Shown piece by piece: positions 59,780-64,000 of a stretch of 64,000 bases of DNA (position 1 is the stretch's first letter; the number at the start of each line of letters is the position of its first letter). The stretch comes from an uncultured Sphingomonas sp. (GTDB lineage Bacteria; Pseudomonadota; Alphaproteobacteria; Sphingomonadales; Sphingomonadaceae). The DNA is taken from contig NZ_CAXTEM010000008.1 in the NCBI RefSeq assembly GCF_964243315.1, positions 13,701 to 77,700 on the forward strand. The letters are read 5' to 3'. Position numbers and translations under genes: made by a program. Under the pieces are notes generated by a model. It was not told where the DNA came from, searched no databases, and saw only the letters and a program-made list of their open reading frames with translations.

Positions 59780-60228
59780 GCCGGGGACCGCGACAGCAGC
59801 GCGGTGCGCAGGCATTGGCAGACGATCTCGTCGCGCTGGTTGGTCAGCACGTGGCGGAAGGTCACCAGGCCGGCGGTCGGCCGCGACTTGCTGTCGCGCA
59901 GCTCGACGACCTCGGTCTCGGCGCGCATCGTGTCGCCGATGAAGACCGGATGCGGCATCACCAGTCTGTCGTAGCCAAGATTGGCGACCAGCGTGCCGAG
60001 AGTGGTGTCGCCGACCGAAAGCCCGACCATCAGCGCGAAGGTGAAGGTGCCGTTGACGAGGATGCGGCCGAACTCGCTCGCCTTCGCCGCCTCTGCATCG
60101 AGATGCAGCGGCTGCGGATTGTGGGTCATCGTCGAGAACAGAAGATTGTCGGTCTCGGTCACGGTACGGCGGATCTCGTGGACGATCCGGTCGCCGACGG
60201 TCCATTGGTCGTAATATCGGCCGGCCAT
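59776..60228 (-). CDS. MaoC-family (R-specific) dehydratase
   Basis: RRTVTETDNLLFSTMTHNPQPLHLD, PVFIGDT. Confidence 0.92.
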   Translation of the reverse strand: MAGRYYDQWTVGDRIVHEIRRTVTETDNLLFSTMTHNPQPLHLDAEAAKASEFGRILVNGTFTFALMVGLSVGDTTLGTLVANLGYDRLVMPHPVFIGDTMRAETEVVELRDSKSRPTAGLVTFRHVLTNQRDEIVCQCLRTALLSRSPA

Positions 60229-60254
60229 TCACGTCTCTCCTGTCGCACGGGCGG

Positions 60255-61049
60255 TCACTTCACCTTCATCTCGCCGCGGATGAAATCGAAGCGGATCCGG
60301 ACCCAGGCACCGACCATCTTCTTGCCGCCGATCCGCGGCGGCAGCACGCGAAATTGCCACGCAGCTTGCCGAAGCCCGCGTGCCAGCCCCGATCCCGGCG
60401 GCGATTCGCCAAGCGAGCGACAATTGTCGACATGATAGTCGGCGATCGTCTGGCAGGCGATCAGCGCCCAGCTGCCCGGCGGTCGCGACGGTGGCAGGTA
60501 GAAATCGAGCTGCGACGAGGTCGGCTCGGTATACCATTCCGCGTTGTAGAGCCGCGCACCGCCGGGTCCCTCGCCCGGGCCATAGGCCGAGCCGCTGTTC
60601 TTGCCCGCGCCCGCACCCTCGCCGTCGCCGCCCGCATCGTCGGCGTCACCGGGGCGGGCGGGGATCTTCGAGATATCGGCGGCGTCGAACAGCTCCATGC
60701 CGCCTGCCATCAACACCGGCGGCGGGGCTGGCGAGGAGGGCGGCGTGGTCGCGGCGGGAGGCGACGGATCCTTGCGCGCCCGGGGCGCGGCGCCGCCGCT
60801 CGGCGTCTTGACCTTGGCGACGGTGCGGTCGCGCGGCAAGGGCGTCGGCGTATCCGCGCGATCGGGAAGCAGCGTGAATTCGGTCGGGCGCTTCTCGATC
60901 ACGCGCGGGGCGGGCGGGGGTGGCGCGAGCCGGAGCAGCAGCCACACGATCAGCAGATGCGCCGCCACCGTCAGCGCCATCGATGCGGCACGCCGCCTGA
61001 CCGACGCCTGTCGGAAGTCCGGCACTGGCAGGGAGGACGCCGAACGCAT
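60255..61049 (-). CDS. TonB-like protein
   Basis: One TM segment ([14 protein letters not shown]), Pro-rich linker, TonB_C-like end ([13 protein letters not shown]...AAWQFRV.P...WVRIRFDF). Confidence 0.65.
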   Translation of the reverse strand: MRSASSLPVPDFRQASVRRRAASMALTVAAHLLIVWLLLRLAPPPPAPRVIEKRPTEFTLLPDRADTPTPLPRDRTVAKVKTPSGGAAPRARKDPSPPAATTPPSSPAPPPVLMAGGMELFDAADISKIPARPGDADDAGGDGEGAGAGKNSGSAYGPGEGPGGARLYNAEWYTEPTSSQLDFYLPPSRPPGSWALIACQTIADYHVDNCRSLGESPPGSGLARGLRQAAWQFRVLPPRIGGKKMVGAWVRIRFDFIRGEMKVK

Positions 61050-61194
61050 GCCGGAGCCGCCTAGACCCGGGCGCGGGGGATCGCCAGTGGGTTATTCCGT
61101 GGTGCGGAGGGACCGCCGCCGGGTCTTCACCTTACCGGGGCCGCCTCTTCCAGGAGGATAGCGCGGGTGTCGCCGAGTAAGAGCTAGATGCGCG

Positions 61195-61331
61195 CAGGGA
61201 CGCGGAGGACGCCGAGGTGGTGCGCTCGCGGCAGCTACACGACTCCACCCTAGGTGCCTCTTGTCACTGCCGATCAGGCGGAGGACCGCTGGCGCGGCAG
61301 CCGCAGCTTCTCGGCGTTCTCCGCGTCTCTG
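61195..61331. repeat. Inverted-repeat element, family H
   Basis: cagggacgcggaggacgccgag pairs 20/22 with ctcggcgttctccgcgtctctg. Confidence 0.75.
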
Positions 61332-61366
61332 GGCGACGATCATCCTGTCATCGCGCGCTAGAGTTC

Positions 61367-61470
61367 ACCACCCCGGCGAAGGCCGGGGCCCAGGTGGAGA
61401 CGGAACGTGACGACGCCCATCCTAAGTTACGAGCTGCTCCCAACTGGGCCCCGGCCTTCGCCGGGGTGGT
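61367..61470. repeat. REP doublet, family E (104 nt)
   Basis: accaccccggcgaaggccggggcccag...ctgggccccggccttcgccggggtggt. Confidence 0.92.
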
Positions 61471-61516
61471 GAAAAGGGGTGAGGTCAAAGACCGGGTCCC
61501 CACCGACCGCCCCCAA

Positions 61517-63700
61517 TCATTGCCCCCGATCGGCCGACAAATTCTTGCCTGCCCAGCGTGCCTCGTCGACGACGTAGTAGCGCACCAGCTCGGCTTGAGC
61601 GGGCGTCATCACCTTGGCGAACCCGATCATGCCGTTGTCGGCGAGGACGCCGTCGATCAGGATGGACTTCCACGCTTCCTTGTCCGCGAGCGTCGCCGAG
61701 CGCTGGAGATTGGGCAGTACGCCGCCGGTGCCCGCGCTGGCGCCGTGGCAGACCTGGCAATAACGGCCGAACAGCGCCTGCCCCTGCGCGACCTGCGCCG
61801 GCGTGCCGATGGCAGCGGGTGGCACGAAGGCGGTACGATCGGGTGCGGACGGCGTTGGAAGCCGGGCGCGCCCGCCGAGCTTGAAGACCAGCAGCCGCGG
61901 GACGTTGGGGACATCGCGCGCCTGCCCGATCGCATAGCCGATCGCGAGCGGCAGCGCGCCACCGCGCCCGGTCAAGACCGCGACATATTGGGTGTCGCCG
62001 ATCATGTAGGTGCTCGCGCCCGCCATGATCCCCGAGCCGACCGGATAGGCGAAGAGCTGCTTGCCGCTGTCGGCGGCATAGGCGCGGAATTCCCCGAGCG
62101 CGGTGCCCTGGAACACGAGATTGCCCGCGGTAGCCATCGTGCCGCCGTTCCACGGCGTCGGGTACGCCACCCGCCAGCGCTCGCGGTTCGCGACCGGGTC
62201 CCACGCGACCAGCGCGCCCGAGGCGCCGGTGGTGATCGTCTTCACCGTGGCGACGTCGCGCGGGTACATCGAATTGCCGGTGTCGAGACCGACGTTGAAG
62301 CCGATCGGGCTGGGCGCCTTTTCCGCATCTGTAGATGGCGGGATGTAGGCCATGCCGACCTGTTCCTGCGCGGGGATGTAGACCAGCCCGGTGCGCGGCG
62401 AGAAGCTCATCGGTTGCCAGTTGTGCGCCGCGAGCGCCGACGGCACCGCGAGGAACGGCTTGCCGGTCTTGTAATAGCGTGCTGCGGGGTTCTCGACCGG
62501 GCGGCCGGTGGCGAGGTCGTAACGCTCCGCCCAGTTCACCGCCTTCACGAACTTGCCCGCATTGACCAGCTTGCCGTCGGTGCGATCGACCACGAAGAAG
62601 AAGCCGTTCTTGGGCGCCTGCATCAGCACCTTGCGCTGGACGCCGCCGATCGGCAGCGTCGCGAGGATGATCGGCTGGGTCGCGGTGAAGTCCCAGGTTT
62701 CGCCCGGGGTCTCCTGGTAATGCCATAGATAGGCGCCCGTATCGGGCTTCAGCGCGACGACGGACGAGACGAACAGATTGTCGCCCTCGCCCTCCGATCG
62801 CAGCCCATGATTCCACGGCGAGCCATTGCCGACCCCTAGATAGAGCTGGTCGAGTTCGGCGTCGTAGACGATCGCGTCCCATACCGTACCGCCGCCGCCC
62901 GATTGTTTCCACTGGCCGTTCTTCGACCAGGTCGCGCCCGCCTTCGCCTTCAGCACCGCGTCGGACGCCTCACCATCGGCGGCACCGGTCGGGTTGGGAA
63001 CGGTGTAGAAGCGCCACTTCTTCGTGCCGGTGGTCGCGTCGTAGGCGGTGACGTAGCCGCGCACGCCGAATTCGGCGCCGCCATTGCCGATGATCACCAT
63101 GTCCTTCACCACCCGCGGCGCGCCGGTGATCGTATAGGGCTTGCTGTCGTCGGTGGTCTGGACCGACCAGGCGGGCTTGCCGGTCGCCGCATCGAGCGCG
63201 ATCAGCCGGCCGTCGATCGTGCCGACATAGAGCCGTCCCTTCCACGCTGCGACGCCGCGATTGACGACGTCGCAGCATGCCTGCGCGCCCTTCGCCTTGT
63301 TCACGCCGGGGTCGAAATCCCACAATCTCGCGCCGGTCAGTGCATCATAGGCGAACACCTTCGACCAGGGGCCGGTGACGAACATCTTGCCGTCGATGAC
63401 GATCGGGGTGGCTTCCTGCCCGCGCGCGTCGGGCAGGTCGGCGGACCAGGCGAGGCCGAGTTGCGCGACGTTGGCGGCGTTGACCTGGGTCAGCGGGCTG
63501 AAGCGTTGCTCGTCGTAATTATAGCCGACCGCGGCCCAGTCGCGGCCGTCGCCCAGACCGGTCAGCGCCTTCGCGTCGACGGCGGCGATGGCAGTCCTTG
63601 TAGTAACCGTCGACGCGGCGCCGATCGGACCGCGATCCGCCGTGCCGCAGGCCGCGACCAGCGCGAGTGCGCCCATAGTCCACCAGCCGGATTCGCACAT
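61517..63700 (-). CDS. Quinohemoprotein (type II) PQQ alcohol dehydrogenase, probable lipoprotein
   Basis: EQRFSPLTQVN, ACCDVVNRG, TGAPRVV, GNGGAEFGVRG, WDFTA, QAPKNGFF, heme motif CQVCH. Confidence 0.93.
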   Translation of the reverse strand: MCESGWWTMGALALVAACGTADRGPIGAASTVTTRTAIAAVDAKALTGLGDGRDWAAVGYNYDEQRFSPLTQVNAANVAQLGLAWSADLPDARGQEATPIVIDGKMFVTGPWSKVFAYDALTGARLWDFDPGVNKAKGAQACCDVVNRGVAAWKGRLYVGTIDGRLIALDAATGKPAWSVQTTDDSKPYTITGAPRVVKDMVIIGNGGAEFGVRGYVTAYDATTGTKKWRFYTVPNPTGAADGEASDAVLKAKAGATWSKNGQWKQSGGGGTVWDAIVYDAELDQLYLGVGNGSPWNHGLRSEGEGDNLFVSSVVALKPDTGAYLWHYQETPGETWDFTATQPIILATLPIGGVQRKVLMQAPKNGFFFVVDRTDGKLVNAGKFVKAVNWAERYDLATGRPVENPAARYYKTGKPFLAVPSALAAHNWQPMSFSPRTGLVYIPAQEQVGMAYIPPSTDAEKAPSPIGFNVGLDTGNSMYPRDVATVKTITTGASGALVAWDPVANRERWRVAYPTPWNGGTMATAGNLVFQGTALGEFRAYAADSGKQLFAYPVGSGIMAGASTYMIGDTQYVAVLTGRGGALPLAIGYAIGQARDVPNVPRLLVFKLGGRARLPTPSAPDRTAFVPPAAIGTPAQVAQGQALFGRYCQVCHGASAGTGGVLPNLQRSATLADKEAWKSILIDGVLADNGMIGFAKVMTPAQAELVRYYVVDEARWAGKNLSADRGQ

Positions 63701-63804
63701 CGCTCTCTCCCATGACCCTCAATCCCGGGGTCTTGGGTGAATGCTCGCACGAAGCGGCGGGCGTGTACAATAATGCACCGCCCGCCACTTGCCCTCAGAT
63801 CCGC

Positions 63805-64000
63805 TCAAACGTTTGCACTACTCGCGTGCAAAAGGCTGCGGATGTTTTCCTTCACCCGTGCCAGCGTCTTCTCGGTGATCTTCAGGTCGCGCTCCGATAC
63901 GCCTTCCAGCACGTGGTCGTTGAGCTCGGCGCCCACGGTCTGCATCTGGCGGATCGTCTCGAAACCCTTTTCGGTGATGAAGATCCGGCGGGCGCGGCGA
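63805..64000 (-). CDS. MarR/SlyA-family regulator, 3' part (runs off window)
   Basis: Hand translation RRARRIFITEKGFETIRQMQ...LARVKENIRSLL*, resembling the DRRA wing motif. Confidence 0.7.
   Translation of the reverse strand, partial: RRARRIFITEKGFETIRQMQTVGAELNDHVLEGVSERDLKITEKTLARVKENIRSLLHASSANV

Noticed and set aside
61090-61190. Possible ncRNA or riboswitch upstream of the tonB-like gene
   Set aside because: I could not match it to SRP, 6S, RNase P, TPP, cobalamin, glycine or SAM-alpha patterns; an Rfam search would be needed.
28012-61470. Family E repeats as a CRISPR array
   Set aside because: Copies are dispersed inverted doublets kilobases apart, not tandem direct repeats, and there are no cas genes.
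62670-62720. Lanthanide-dependent ADH
   Set aside because: The motif reads WDFTA, lacking the extra Asp of lanthanide enzymes; consistent with a Ca2+ type II enzyme.

Overview
High-GC alphaproteobacterial chromosome segment, most likely a sphingomonad (two-piece tmRNA with tag ANDNEALAIAA, GapR, Zn-free L36, sphingomonad-type palindromic repeats). It is mostly core genome: ptsP, yebC-ruvC-ruvA-ruvB, pyk, gpmA, the bkd operon, a beta-oxidation cluster, rimP-nusA-infB-rbfA, tdk-truB-rpsO-pnp, ssrA, mscL, lemA-TPM, hrpB, ispB, two DEAD-box helicases and a quinohemoprotein alcohol dehydrogenase. I see no prophage, integrase, transposase or CRISPR array. The main structure the genes do not explain is about 20 REP/MITE-like palindromic elements in several families. 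One family is inserted in frame inside two housekeeping genes (truB, 195 nt; BCKDH E2, 165 nt), and the truB copy carries a further nested 64-nt branched palindrome. Other points of interest: a hicB-hicA pair and a 2OG-Fe(II) oxygenase inside the ruv operon, a lone HerA/FtsK-like ATPase with a putative winged-helix tail, a shared candidate operator before two beta-oxidation units, a HAD gene that appears to need a CTG start, an MCP broken by a probable deletion, and a mycobacterial-type dTMP kinase. All calls come from motif recognition by eye; no searches were run. Starts were adjusted by hand where the ORF track over-extends.
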